Assembly: GCA_951406725.2 (NCBI GenBank)
Contig: OX597831.1
Location: 45,694,001 to 45,758,000 of the forward strand
DNA: 64,000 nt
Source of the DNA: Octopus vulgaris
Lineage: Eukaryota
Direction of reading: 5' to 3'
Part shown: positions 1-13,923 of the stretch, in pieces
Position numbering within the stretch: the stretch's first letter is position 1
Layout: each line of letters opens with the position of its first letter
Program-made: the position numbers and the translations under genes
Notes under the pieces: generated by a model
Database searches by the model: none
Told to the model about the DNA's origin: nothing
What the model saw: only the letters and a program-made list of their open reading frames with translations

Positions 1-160
1 ACTTCACACTCCAAGTTCTTTATGTCACCAACTCATACTACACATTCCTTTACCAGTTCAAATCGTTCACCTCACAGTAAAGACACACAAAACAAAGAAA
101 AACGTGCAGCATGCTTCAAATTAGTCACATGATCAATAACGTTATTTCTCCTTCATAACT

Positions 161-386
161 ATTTCTTTACTGCCCACAAAGGGCTACACATAGAGGGGAC
201 AAACAAGGACAAAAAAACGGATTAGTTCGATTATATCGACCCAGTGCATAACTGGTACTTATTTAATCGACCCCGAAAGGATGAAAGGCGAAGTCGACCT
301 AGGCGGAATTTGAACTCAGAACGTAACGGCAGACGAAATACGTCTACGCATTTCGCCCAGCGTGCTAACGTTTATTCCAGCTCGCT
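161..386 (-). mobile_element. tRNA-derived SINE family B (GCCTTTCATCCTTTCGGGGTCGATAAA central domain, Meta/MESC-like)
   Basis: B-box GAGTTCAAATTCC and a central domain shared with more than 12 copies in the window. Confidence 0.8.
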
Positions 387-499
387 TCATAACACTATCC
401 CCTCCCTAGACCTTTGTCAACCCAACAAAAGCATACAACATTTATAATTTCAGTCCTTATGGTGACTCTTGCTCTTGCACTCCTTTCCCTTGGTCTCAG

Positions 500-1260
500 T
501 ATTTTCATCAACAGATGTGTCCAGCAGGGTCCCAGCTGAACTGACCGGGCCCATAGTACTTCCACAGATGGTTTACATGGACAATCTTAGGATGAGACCT
601 CTTGCCTCCTCAAATCCAGTACGTCACATTGGACAGTTGATTCAACACAGTATAGGGTCCTTCCCATGGACTCTGTAGCTTTGGTGACTGTCCCTTCTTC
701 CACTTGGGTATTATGAAGTCACACTTCACCTCCCTCCTTAAAGCTGATCTTGCTAACACTGGCATCATGCCAACGTTTCATCACTCCACTTGAAAACTTC
801 AGAGCTTCCTTAACATACCTCTGTTAGTCTCTCTTGCAGTGTAAGCTTTTTTTTTGACTTTGTTGAAAGATTTAATGTCTTCTACAAAATCCTGATGGAC
901 ATATTGCAATTCTGACTCAACATTTATTTTATTTCTCAGAGATCTTTCCATATTGACTTCTCTCTCAGAACATTCCATATCTAGGAAATGGACCTTTTTA
1001 TTAAGTTTTACAATCCTGACATTGAGAGGAGATTTCACATCAACTACCTCTCTTCTGGTTGCTTTGGCAACACCTTACATCAAGTCATCAACAACTTTCT
1101 GTAAATGGTTGATCTGTTCTTGTTCTTGTTCTTGATCAGAAACTTCTTTGGCCAAAACTTTATTTAAAATTGCATTTTCCACAATTTGGTGTTTTCCACC
1201 AGATCTATGCAACCAAGGTTTAGGCCTCTAACAGAGAACACATCAGCATACCTCACTAGC
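500..1260 (-). mobile_element. Degenerate Ty3/Gypsy LTR retrotransposon relic (integrase C-terminal GPY/F domain; upstream part possibly gag-like)
   Basis: Minus strand ~700-541 reads KKGQSPKLQSPWEGPYTVLNQLSNVTYWI*GGKRSHPKIVHVNHLWKYYGPGQ. The stop is consistent with CpG decay. Confidence 0.75.
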
Positions 1261-1459
1261 TGCTGTCTTAACTACAACACCTGAGTATCATCCAAGCAAT
1301 GACAACTTCATGCAAACAGTTGTTGTAAATGCACTGGCAGTCATCCCCGTTGATGGGGACAAAACCCAGATTTAAAGCACTGGATGATGATGATACATAT
1401 GCATGCATGTAAGTATATACATACATACAAGCATAAGTACATACATACATATATCTACA

Positions 1460-1492
<33 letters not shown>

Positions 1493-1502
1493 GTATATAT
1501 TC

Positions 1503-1925
1503 TATTATTCTTTTACATGTTTCAATCATTTGACTGTGGCCATGCTGGAGCACCACCTTAAAGAGCTTTTTAGTCAAAGAAATCAACCCCAGGACTTATT
1601 CTTCGTAAGCCTAGTACTTATTCTATTGGTCTCTTGCAGAACCACTAAGTTATGGGGATATAAACACACCAACATCAGTTATCAAGCAATGGTGGGGGGA
1701 CAAACACACACAGACACACGCACATAAATACACACACACAAACACATACACACACACACACACACACGACAGTCTTCTTTCAGTTTCTGTCTACCAAATC
1801 CACTCACAAGGCTTTGGTTGGCCTGAGGCTATAGTAGAAGGCATTTGCCCAAGGTGCCACACAGTGAAACTGAGCCCAGAACCATGTGGTTAGGAAGCAA
1901 GCTTCCTACCACACAGCCATGTCTG
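1503..1925 (-). mobile_element. tRNA-derived CORE-type SINE family A (Octopus OR-like)
   Basis: tRNA-like head, CORE-like GGCACCTTGGGCAA(G/A)TG, internal (TG)n and GTAAAAGA tail. About 20 copies in the window. Confidence 0.8.
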
Positions 1926-3285
1926 CACCTAGCAAGCTTCTTACCACACAGCCATGCCTAAACACATACATATATGTGCGTGTGGGTGCATGTTACTGTT
2001 TCCTTGCATTGACTTTTGTGTGGTTGTTGAAAGCCAAGGTCACCATCAGGCAAGTAGTGTTCTATATAGAGAATTCTATAGAAAGTTCCTTTGATGGTCG
2101 GGACCTGATAGACTCGACTTGTATTCCAGAGTGGCCTCCACAGGTGGCTGCTCGGGTACTGGAAGAAAGGAACTTCTATCAAATATTGGACTCCTTCTCA
2201 AAGGAAGAGTACAGATCTTGTTTATGGGCCCCCAACTTGCGGCTGCTGGAATGCCTGCAGGAGACAAGAAAGTTGATTAGGGACTCATTTGTGTAATAGG
2301 TTTATCGCCTTATTAAATTGTTTATAATTGTAATGGACTTTTTAGTTCATAAAGTGTAATAAAATTGTAAGAGAGTTAAAACCTCATTCAGTATTTTTAA
2401 AAAAGAACAATGTTTTAGAGAAGCAAAAGTCGGCAGACTCTTTTTGTCTTCTCTTCTCCCATCCTTATCATCCTTGTACCATTATCATTCACCTCATTAA
2501 TGTCCGTGTCCAGCCCACAAGCTTCCTTACTCTGTGTACTGCCTTTATGGCAAATTTAATAAAATAAAGTAGTGTTCCTTGATTTCCAGTCTTTCTGGTC
2601 TTTGAGAAATATTACCTTATATAGAAAAAGGTTAGAGTTGGCAATATGAAGGGCATCAAACTGTGGAATTATAACTCCTCAACAAATTCCCTCCGACCTG
2701 TACAAGCATGGAAAAATAGCTGTTAAAATGACGATGGTGGCGATGACATCAAATATGTCAACACTAAGATATTTGTTAACATTAATATTTTTGACAACAG
2801 AGCCTGTCAAGTTACCAGGAAGCCACTAGGAAATCTAAACAACATAGAACATGGCTAGGCAGATGTGTTCAGCCGGGGAGGTTGGAACGGTGTATTAATC
2901 AATTAGAATTACTTAGACGAGAGGCTCCTGATTACAGGAGCGGACAAAACAGTTAATTTGTACAATACAAGACTTATCTCTGCCTCTCACCTGAGGCGAA
3001 AGCAAATAATTGTCTCCTAACAAAAGATAACAGATATTAACAGAAAACTGTAATAGAATATGTAACTGGATTATAGATACTTACATACATACATATGTAT
3101 GTATATGTGTATGTGTATATATATATATGTGTGTGTGTGTCTGTAGGTGTGTGCATGTGTGTATATATATATATATATATAAACACACACATACACATAC
3201 ATATGTATGTATGCATTTGTGTATGTTTGTATATAAATGTGTGTGTGCTTGTATGTATGTATATATATATATATATGTGTGTGTA

Positions 3286-3318
<33 letters not shown>

Positions 3319-3484
3319 TTGTATATGTATATATATATACATATATATATATGTATATGTGTGTGCATAGATATGTATGCATGTGTGTACATATATATGC
3401 ATGTATGTGTACATACGTATACATTTGTGTATGTATAGGTATGTATGCATGTGTGTATGTATGCATGTAGGTATAGTTACTTAC

Positions 3485-3549
3485 ACCTGTAATTTTCTTG
3501 CCGTTCCTTTTCTTTCGAAAATCCTCCAGTTTTCTCGCACTGCCAAAAG
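3485..3549 (-). CDS. MYCBPAP: Probable next MYCBPAP exon (AFGSARKLEDFRKKRNGKKITG) after a ~27.7 kb intron
   Basis: Acceptor ttttgcacttcag, donor GGT|gtaagt. 65 nt, phase 1 to 0, compatible with the phase-1 end at 31241. Basic, Lys-rich composition fits the MYCBPAP C-terminal region. Confidence 0.55.
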
Positions 3550-6184
3550 CTGAAGTGCAAAATACAAGGTAAAAGATAATTAATGTGTCTCTTCTATGTA
3601 TCAAAAATTTCCAAATTTTTTTTCGATTTAGTTGTTATGCTGCCTTATGTTCACTTTACCATACTACTGTGGACAAGATGATTGTATCTCATACTGGATA
3701 TTAGCATATTATTAAAGAATCTAATGCTCCTTTATTGCTTATTCCATATTTATTCTTTGTAAGACTAATGTATCATTTCAAAATCATGTTTGTCAACATA
3801 CCAGCTCTTTGAGCCAACAAGGAATCCTCAATAAAGTCACTTGGCCTGCAAGAAAAAGGATCTATATCTCCTTGAAAAAAATATAACATTAGATAATGTT
3901 AAAATTAATACATTAATTAATTCAGTAAAATGTCCTGAAAAGATAATGAAAGATGAGATGGTCATAGCTGGAATGCTTTTGATCATAGCATGCTTGATCA
4001 GAGCTGACCTTGTGTTAAATAACAGCAAGAAAACAACAGCATACTAGTTCCTTTAAGCATTGTTCAAAAAGAAACATCAATTTTGCTTCGCAAACACACA
4101 TGAAACAAGAAGGCTAATAACACAAAACACCACAACTTCCTTTCAAAATTCTGGACACAGAAATAACTTTTACCACTTGGCCAAAGAGATTCGACTTCCA
4201 TCTAGCAAAGAACTTAAAATTTTTGCAACCTGCTGCAGTACTGACCCTGAATAGATGGTTACAATCGCTGGCTCAGGAATGAAATCAGCTGACGGGATGC
4301 AAACCCAGGTTTGAAATTTTTAGAAAGTTTTTCTTCTTTTTTTTTTTTTTTTTTTCAATTTCATATGTTTCAGTCATTTCACTGCGGGCATGCCTGAGCA
4401 CCGCCTTTAGTCAAACAAATCGACCCCAGGATTTATTCTTTGTAAGTCGAGTACTTATTCTATCAGTCACTTTTGCTGAACCGCTGATCTATGGGGATGT
4501 AAACACACCAACATTGGTTGTCAAGCAAAGGTGGGGAGGGACAAACACAGACACACAAATATATTGGAGTAATGATGCTAAGCAGTGTTTACATGAAATC
4601 ACAATTTAGGTTAACACTTAAATATAATTTGTAGAACTTTATACATGCTGATTTCAGTTGAGCATTCTGTATCTAGTTCTGGAAATTGTGTTTTGTAAAC
4701 GACAGACTATGCTGATGATCTTGCAGATGTTTACGTATCCATACATATATGTAAATATTAACAAGTGAAACCAATGGTACATAGGTAATCGTTTTTTCTT
4801 TTGTATATTTTCATTTGTCTTGCTTATTTTTACATTTTGGATTTTTGCTGAGATTTTTCTGGAGAACACATTCTTCGTGGTAATGGCGATTTGACATCTA
4901 TGTTTAGCATATAGGCTGTCTACTTTTAGTGGTCAGTCCCCTAAATTTTGGATATATATATATATATATATACAACTAATATGGTTTTTCTTCCCACCAC
5001 ATACTTATTTCTTCATCATCATCAGTGCTATAGTAGAAGACACTTGCCCAAGGTGCTGCACAGTAGGACTGAACCTGAGATCTCATGTTTGGGAAGCATT
5101 CTTCTTAACCACACAACCACACCTGTGCCTATATTATATATATTTTTCATTAATAAATTATTCCTGTGGAAGTAAATCAAAATGCTACATGGCAATTTTT
5201 GTTTTGGATAAATATCATAAATTTAGCAGTTGTTCATCTACAAGATGGTTACTGATACTCTACACTAGAAACAGTGTTAATAATCATACGATGGACGAAC
5301 AGCGAAAGTCTATAATATTTAATAATATATCATTCTTCAGCTTCATCTTTACTTTGATAATGTAATATAGGAAAATTATTCTTGCGTACTTCCTTGGTGC
5401 ACTAAAAATAATGTAATATCGACAAGCTAAAATTTACAATTTCTATAAGATTCCACTTCAACTGTAGTGACAATTACAGTTAGAACTGTCTAAACTATAC
5501 ATTCATTTCTTGAAATTTTATTTTAATTTTTTTAACTTTTCAATTAAAGTCTTCTATTTTGTTGTTATTTCTGAAATTTCTGAATGTCGTCAAAGGACGG
5601 GTTTATATGAAGAGTCTTTTAATAATGTTGCCTTACATGTTTCAACATGAATGAGATAAAGCCTTTTAAATTGGATACTGTACATTTCTTAGAATAAGTA
5701 TGGAGTTATTTCTGCTGAATACAATATTGGCAGGCAGTGTCTACATATTAGATTGGTTGCCTGTTTTTGGCAGGAGCCTTAATGAAAACTTTGCTGCTAG
5801 TCAACTGACTGCCATACACTTGATGTTTGCTGAACTTTAACCTATTCCAATTTGATATTGTTTTGATTCTTTCAAAGATGATTCCTCTCTGCTGATCGGA
5901 ATACCAATTAACTTTTCACATTAAAAAAAAAAGAAAGAATGAAAGAAAACGATACTGACCAAGGAAATAAGAAAGAAAAGTTTTTAAAGAGTTGAGAATT
6001 TGAAAAGTGTAGCAGTTTGTCATGTGAGGAATATAATAAATTTGCAGTTTGATTCCACAGAGTTGCATAAGTTTCTTTGCTATATGGAACTGGTTAATCT
6101 ATCTTTGTAATATACACGGCAGACATTAAGTCTACTCATATTATCAGACCATTTCCCAAATATATTTTATCTACCTGTCTATCA

Positions 6185-6277
<93 letters not shown>

Positions 6278-6446
6278 TAGATATTCACCCATCCACCTGA
6301 ATATCTAAATATTTATCTATCTGTCTATCTCTCCCCCACTCTCTCTCTCTCTCTTATCTGTCTATCTATTTATCTATCCATCTATCTATTTTTCTATCTA
6401 CACACACATACAAGTTAATATATGTGTGTGTGTAATGTATATCCAT

Positions 6447-6514
<68 letters not shown>

Positions 6515-7965
6515 GCATGCATACAGTTATCTACCTATCTATTTATCTATCCTTCAACCTACCTAATAATCCTACCCACCCAAAACCACATTGTTGCAAA
6601 ATGAGATCCTTAACCACACACCAAAGTTCATGCCTTTCCTCTTTTACTATATATTTTCTTACTACTAATCTGCTCACATCAGCCAGTGATTCGTCAACCA
6701 TTCTTTCAACAGAAATTAATTACATAATTACATATGTTATGTTGATTATTCATGAGTCAATCAAAATATTGTCATTACTTTAGTTTCGTCTGTTTCTCTA
6801 TTGTCTTTTTTAATCTCTTAGGCGCTGGCGAGGATGTGGTTAGAGGCTTGCTTCCCAACATCTGTGTGTGTGTGTGTGTGTTTTCTGTGTCTTTGTTTAT
6901 CTCCACCACCACCACCACCACCACTCGACAACTGGTGTATTTATGTCCTCTGTAACTTAGCAGTTCAGCAAAAGAGACAGATAGAATAAGTACCAGGCTT
7001 TAAAAAAAATTAGAGCTAAGCTCAAGGCAGTGCCCCAGTATGGCCACAGACAAATGACTGAAAACAAGTAAAAGATAAAAGATCTAATCATACTCATGTA
7101 TAGAATACGTGGAGTATGTATGTTTATGCATGTGTGTGTATGAGTGAATGTGTGTGTGTGTGTGTGCGTGTGAAATATATTTATGTATTTATATATTTTT
7201 CTTTTCTTTTTATGTTACATACATCTGAGTGTATATACACACATATAGAGCAAATATGTCTGTCTGTTTGTATGTATGTATGTATGTATGTATGCATGTA
7301 TGCATGCATGCATGCATGCATGCATACATACATACATACATACATACATAAGTACATACATACATACATAAGTACATACATACATACATACATACATACA
7401 TAAGTACATGCATACATAAGTACATACATACATACATAAGTACATACATACATACATACATACATACATACATAAGTACATGCATACATAAGTACATACA
7501 TACATACATACATACATACATACATACATACATACATGCATACATACATACATACATACATACATACATGCATGCATGCATGTATGTATGTATGTATGTA
7601 TGTATGTATGCATGCATGTATGTATGCATGTACTTATGTATGTATGTGTGTATGTAGGCATGTATGTGTAACTTCACATGTGCTGTTGGTGTTTCCCCCC
7701 ACCCCTTCTTTGAACTTATCCATTTTCATTTCTGACAAAGAACTATGCTTGAAATGTCAAAAACTCACTCTTCTTACCAAGTGTCAAACTAATACATTAT
7801 ATATGTATATGTATGCATGATGATGATGATGATGATGGCTATCACTCTTTCTTCTGTTGGCCTGCTCACTTAGCCAGCAGGGTGGCATCATTTGAAGGCT
7901 AAAACAATGCAAAGCGCATTGTGACCAGTGATATGTAGCAACATCTGATATCCTGGTCAGTCACG

Positions 7966-8022
<57 letters not shown>

Positions 8023-8255
8023 GTGTGTGTGTGTGTGTGCATGTGTGTGTGTATATATATAAATATATATATATATAAATAAATATATATATATACCCAC
8101 TTCAAAAATTGTTCAGACATTAGGATATTTTCCTTCTTTTCTTAACATGAAACCAACGGTCGCCTCAATTCACAAATACAGAAATTATATCCACCAATGC
8201 AGTGTTGAGCAGTCATTTTCATCGATAGACATTTATGTCTGTATGTATATATATA

Positions 8256-8289
<34 letters not shown>

Positions 8290-8468
8290 AATTGAGACAG
8301 GGGTTGTAAATGCAACCCTCCATGGGATAACATATATCCAATATACTGCTAGTGAAGTACCCAACAAGGTTAATACATAAATGTTAAGGATTGCGATGCA
8401 ATCAATTCATTTACTGTATTATATGGGCAAAGGTAAAGTGTTATATATATATATATATATATATATAC

Positions 8469-8501
<33 letters not shown>

Positions 8502-8582
8502 CATACATATATATATACATACATATATATATATATATATATACATATATTACATACATATATATATATACATATATATATA

Positions 8583-10078
8583 TGGGAGCTCCTCTATGCT
8601 GATGACCTTGCTCTAATTGCTGAGTCACTATCAGAACTGGAGGAGAAGTTTCAGGTGTGGAAGCAAGGATTAGAATCGAAGGGCCTTAGAGTCAATCTAG
8701 CTAAAACCAAAGTCCTAATAAGTAGGAAGGTAGACAAATCACAAACGCCTTCAGGTAGATGGCCCTGCTCGATCTGTAGAAAAGGTGTAGGTAGAAACTC
8801 TATAAGATGCACCAAGAGGAAGCTATGGACACATAAGAGGTGCAGCAATGTCAAAGGAAGGCTAACTAGGAAGATAGTTTTCGTATGTGGCAGATGCTCA
8901 GGAGCAATAAACACTGAAAATGCTCTGAGACCAACTTCTGCCACATTCCAGGAAGAAAAACTAGAAATAGTTGATAGCTTCCGTTACCTAGGTGACCAAG
9001 TCAGTAGCGGGGATGGGTGTGCTGAAAGCGTAACTGCTAGAGTAAGAATAGCCTGGGCAAAGTTCAGAGAGCTCTTACCTCTGCTGGTGACAAAAGGCCT
9101 CTCGCTCAGAGTAAAAGGCAGACTGTATGATGCGTGTGTATGAACAGCCATGCTACATGGCAGTGAAACATGGGCTGTGACTGCTGAGGATATGCATAAG
9201 CTCGCAAAAAATGAAGCCAGTATGCTCTGATGGATGTGCAATGTCAGTGTTCATACTCGACAGAGTGTAAGTACCTTGAGAGAAAAGCTGGACCTTAGAA
9301 GCATCAGTGGTGGTGTGCAAGAGAGACGTTTGCGCTGGTATGGTCATGTGACGAGAATGGATGAAGATAGTTGTGTGAAAAGGTGCCACACCCTAGCGGT
9401 TGAGGGAACCTGTGGAAGGGGCAGACCCAGGAAAACCTGGGATGAGGTGGTGAAGTACGACCTTCGAACTTTAGGTCTCACTGAGGAAATGACTAGAGAC
9501 CGAGACCATTGGAAGTATGCTGTGCGTGAGAAGACCTGGCAGGACAAGTGAGACCATAACCCGTGGCCTCTACACGGGATGTAGCCAGTCCACTTATGCA
9601 TACCGTTCCTTCTTGGGACACAAAACTCTACTTGTGAAGACCTGTTGAGGCAAGTGAGAATCGAAATCGATCAACATCAATGGAAATTGCAGCTGTGATA
9701 CTAGTGCCGGTGGCACGTAAGAGAACCATCTGAACGTGGCCGTTGCCAGTGCCGCCCCGACTGGCCTCGTGCCGGTGGCACATAAAAGACACCATCCATT
9801 CGTGGCCGTTGCCAGCCTCGCCTGGCCCCCATGCCGGTGGCATGTAAAAAGCACCATCCGATCGTGGCCGTTTGCCAGACTCGTCTGGCACCTGTGCCGG
9901 TGGCACGCAAAAAGCACCCACTACACTCACGGAGTGGTTGGCGTTAGGAAGGGCATCCAGCCATAGAAACATTGCCAGATCAGACTGGGCCTGGTGCAGC
10001 CTTCTGGCTTCCCAGACCCCAGTTGAACCGTCCAACCCATGCTAGCATGGAAAGCGGACGCTAAACGAACGATGATGA
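8583..10078 (+). mobile_element. 5'-truncated RTE-clade LINE (RT C-terminal half, Cys/His finger, 3' UTR, (GAT)n tail)
   Basis: Motifs [55 protein letters not shown] and GRGRPRKTW. Two in-frame TGA stops. Confidence 0.92.
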
Positions 10079-10113
10079 TATACATATATATATACATATA
10101 TACATAGATACAT

Positions 10114-10170
<57 letters not shown>

Positions 10171-11570
10171 AATATATGTTTATTGTTTGTTTAAATATAA
10201 ATTAATATACTTATATGTATTATGTGTGTATGTGTATTTATGTGGTGGTATTTACATGCATAAACATTAAATTATTCTCCAATATACACATGTGCTAAAG
10301 TATGTAGAGGCTATTGTATATGTTTATTGTTTCTATGGTTCCACCAGATACTGATGTGGATATCAGGGAACATTCGTAGATGTGAAGCAGTATTAGATGG
10401 GAACAGAAACAGTCAACATGAAGCATGATGCCAACCAAGCATAGTAGTCTGTTTGTAATTCTGTAGAATGCTTTTGGGTAGAGAATAAATTACTGAGTGA
10501 CACCATCTGCATGAAAAACAATGGTGAAGTAGGTGCTATCACATTTAATACAGGGACCATTAAAAACTTAACTATAAATATAAGCACAGGTATAGTAGTC
10601 CAACCCATGCCAGAATGGAAAAACGGACATTAAATGATGATGATGATGATAATGGTTTTATAGGGGCAGGTATGATTGTGAGGTTAAAATGTTCGCTTCC
10701 TAGCTATAAGGTTCTGAATTCAGTTCCGCTGTGTGATATCTTGGGCAAGTGTCTTCTGCTATAACACTGAGCCAACCATACATTCCCCTTCTGTTTCTCC
10801 CCTCCTCTCCAGCCATCTACTCCTCTCACTTCTTCTTTTTCTTCTTCTTTTCCTCCTTCCTCCTCTGCCACTACCACCACCATCATCAGTTTAAGCCCAC
10901 TTTCCATCTTGGCATGGATTGGGCATTTCAATATAGTCCCAAGTCAGTCCTTCTTTGGAGTAGGTGGCTCTCCTAGATTGGTCAGAGGACCACACCATAC
11001 TCACACATTTCCTTTCTGGTCTGGTTTCCACAGCACACACGGAGAAGGGAAACAGTGGAGAGATCACTGACAGAAAGGGTGAGAGTGTTGTAGGAGGTGA
11101 GAGTGTGGTAGGAGGCGAGAGGGAGCTAGAAAGAGAAAGAGAGCTAGAGACAGAGAGAGCTAGAAAAAGAACTAGGGAGAGAAAGATAGAGATAGAGAGA
11201 GCTAGATAGAGACAGAAAGCTAGAGACAAAGAGCTATGGAGAGAGAACTAGAGAGAGAAAGCTAAAGAGAGAGAGCTAGAAAGAGAGAGAAATAGAGAGA
11301 GAGAGAGAAATAGAAAGAGAGAGAGAATACACCTAAAAGAGACTGCATATGGATAGATTGAATATCATCCTTTATTACACAGGGAGAATATCACGATAAA
11401 TAGGAGAGAGAAAGTGAGTATCTAGAACAGGAGAGAAGATAAGCAGATAGAAAGAGGAGGAGAGAGTGAGAGAGATTCTGTGTTCCTTTTATCTCTTACC
11501 TTCTACAATGTTTTTAACATAAACATCATATAGGACAAGAGAAATGTACAGAAGATAGATAAAAATCGGT

Positions 11571-11975
11571 CTCTTATTCTTTTACTTGTTTCAGTCATTT
11601 GACAGTGGCCATGCTGGAGCACCGCCTTTAGTCAAGCAAATCGACCCCAGGACTTATTCTTTGTAAGCCTAGTACTTATTCTATCAGTCTCTTTTGCCAA
11701 ACCACTAAGTTACGGGGACGTAAACACACCACCATCGGTTGTCAAGCAATGTTGGGGGGACAAACACAGACACACAAACGCACACACACACACACATATA
11801 TATACATATATACGACGGGTTTCTTTCAGTTTCCGTCTACCAAATCCACTTACAAGGCTTTGGTCGGCCTGAGGTTATAGTAGAAGACACTTGCCCAAGG
11901 TGCTACACAGTGGGACTGAACCCAGAACCATGCGGTTCGTAAGCAAGCTACTTACTACACAGCCACTCCTACGCC
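11571..11975 (-). mobile_element. SINE family A, full length
   Basis: Near-complete match to the other family A copies. Confidence 0.85.
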
Positions 11976-12172
11976 TTGTTAAATTATAAGGAAAATAAGT
12001 TGATGAATTTTTATAAGGAGCTCTTCTGATGACTGATGACTGCATTTCACATTTAACACAGTTCCCATCAAACAGAACAGCTCAACTCTAACATACTGTA
12101 AAATGAAGAAATGTCTCACTACATAAACAACACAACAACAGCATTAGCACTAAACCTTATCACAATCAAACA

Positions 12173-12563
12173 ACAGACACCCATAAAATTATCAACCATC
12201 GCACAAACAATAACTCTGAGCACCTCTTCAAACTCCACCCAACTAACACCCGTGGACATATTTACAAAGTAAGAAAACAGCACAGCTCCCATGACTTCAG
12301 GAAACATTTTTTCACGCTGAGAGTTGCTGAAGCGTGGAACAAACTGCCGGCATCGGTTGTTAGTTGTCGGAGCACTGCATCCTTCAAAACTTCCATGCTT
12401 CCTGAGATTCGCCAACACTACACTTGATTTTCTCCCCTCCATACACACACAAGCATGTTCACTTTCCAGACATTTCTACATTACTGCATGTACTTTATAT
12501 GCACTTTCTGACAAGTTGTGGTGCACCTGAGCACTGTATACAATAATTTCATTATTATTATTA
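12173..12563 (+). mobile_element. CR1-clade LINE 3' end
   Basis: Reads TRGHIYKVRKQHSSHDFRKHFFTLRVAEAWNKLPASVV..STASFK, the CR1 ORF2 C-terminal motif, followed by a short UTR and (ATT)n tail. Confidence 0.85.
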
Positions 12564-13061
12564 TAACACTGTTTACAAAACACTATAAAAATATATGACA
12601 ATGCAAAAGAAAAATAGAAGCAAAAACAGCAAATAACAACAACAATACAATAATAAAAACAATAAGTAAGGAAGTGCTGCTAATATCACACTGCCTAACA
12701 TGATTGGTCTGCATGGAATATTCAGTTTTAGATGGCATATAAGACGCACTATTTTTCCTCTCCAAATATCTCGAAAATTACCCTGGGTCCTATATGTAAC
12801 ATTGCTTAAATATTGATTTCAAATGTTGGCAAAAGGCCAGTAATTTGGCGGGAAGGGATAAGCCAATTACATTGACATCTCCATGCCACCCCACACCCCA
12901 CCCTGAGCTCAACTGGAACTTATTTTTTATCGACCCCCACCCCACCCAAAGGATGAAAGACAAAGTCAACCTCAGTGAAATTTGAACTCAGAGCATGGAG
13001 ACAGAGGAATTGCTGCTAAGCATTTCGCCTGACATGCTAATGATTTGGCCAGCCCATCACC

Positions 13062-13104
<43 letters not shown>

Positions 13105-13172
13105 TAATAATGATAATGATAATAATGATGATGATGATAATAATGATAATGATAATAATGATGATGATGATG

Positions 13173-13240
<68 letters not shown>

Positions 13241-13241
<1 letters not shown>

Positions 13242-13766
13242 GTCCTGATGCAGTACCAGGCAGTAACTCTCAAGGCTTCTCATCTTAACTGATTGTCTTG
13301 GTATAAAAGATGAGGCTACATCAAATATTCTGCTCAATACCAGAGATTTGCTTGTCAGTTGTTTGACCTTAATCAGTTGAGCATGCCCTTTAGTGGCTGA
13401 CGATATGTTCATCTCTGATCATGAGCAGAAGTAGTGGGGGAGCATCATAGCCATGTGTTGAGAGGAATTCTTTGGGGTTTGGAGAATTCACCTTTGGAAA
13501 CATGGGTGTTTTGTTCAACATCCTTAAACAACCCTTATTCAGAGACCGTTTGAGCAGGATGTGCTACTCGACCTGAAGAAAATTCTAACGGGGCCCCACC
13601 TGCAAGGTCATGAATTGTTTATCTTGATATGAGATCACCATGTCGTGCACATATGGTTGAGATGCACCTGATGTACCTTTATCAGACGGGCAATCATGAT
13701 GGATATACTGGGCTTCATATATTTTACCCCAGTGTCACTTTGATGGCATGCACTGCTCTCTCACTC
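13241..13766 (+). mobile_element. ~555-bp non-coding element embedded in (AAT)n (family D)
   Basis: Same sequence and termini as 30388-30942 and 45318-45872. Flanked by (AAT)n on both sides. Confidence 0.85.
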
Positions 13767-13805
13767 AATAATAATAATAATAATAATAATAATAATCTTC
13801 ATATT

Positions 13806-13923
<118 letters not shown>

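Noticed and set aside
3037-3470. Long ORFs rich in Y/I/H/T/C/V/M (also at 7116-7677, 13037-13412, 21466-22634 and 27997-28425)
   Set aside because: These are translations of (AT)n, (CATA)n, (TG)n and (AAT)n microsatellites, which lack stops by composition.
3800-4100. Peptide IAGMLLIIACLIRADLVL vaguely like MYBBP1A/Pol5
   Set aside because: The resemblance is too weak and frame-broken to support without a search.
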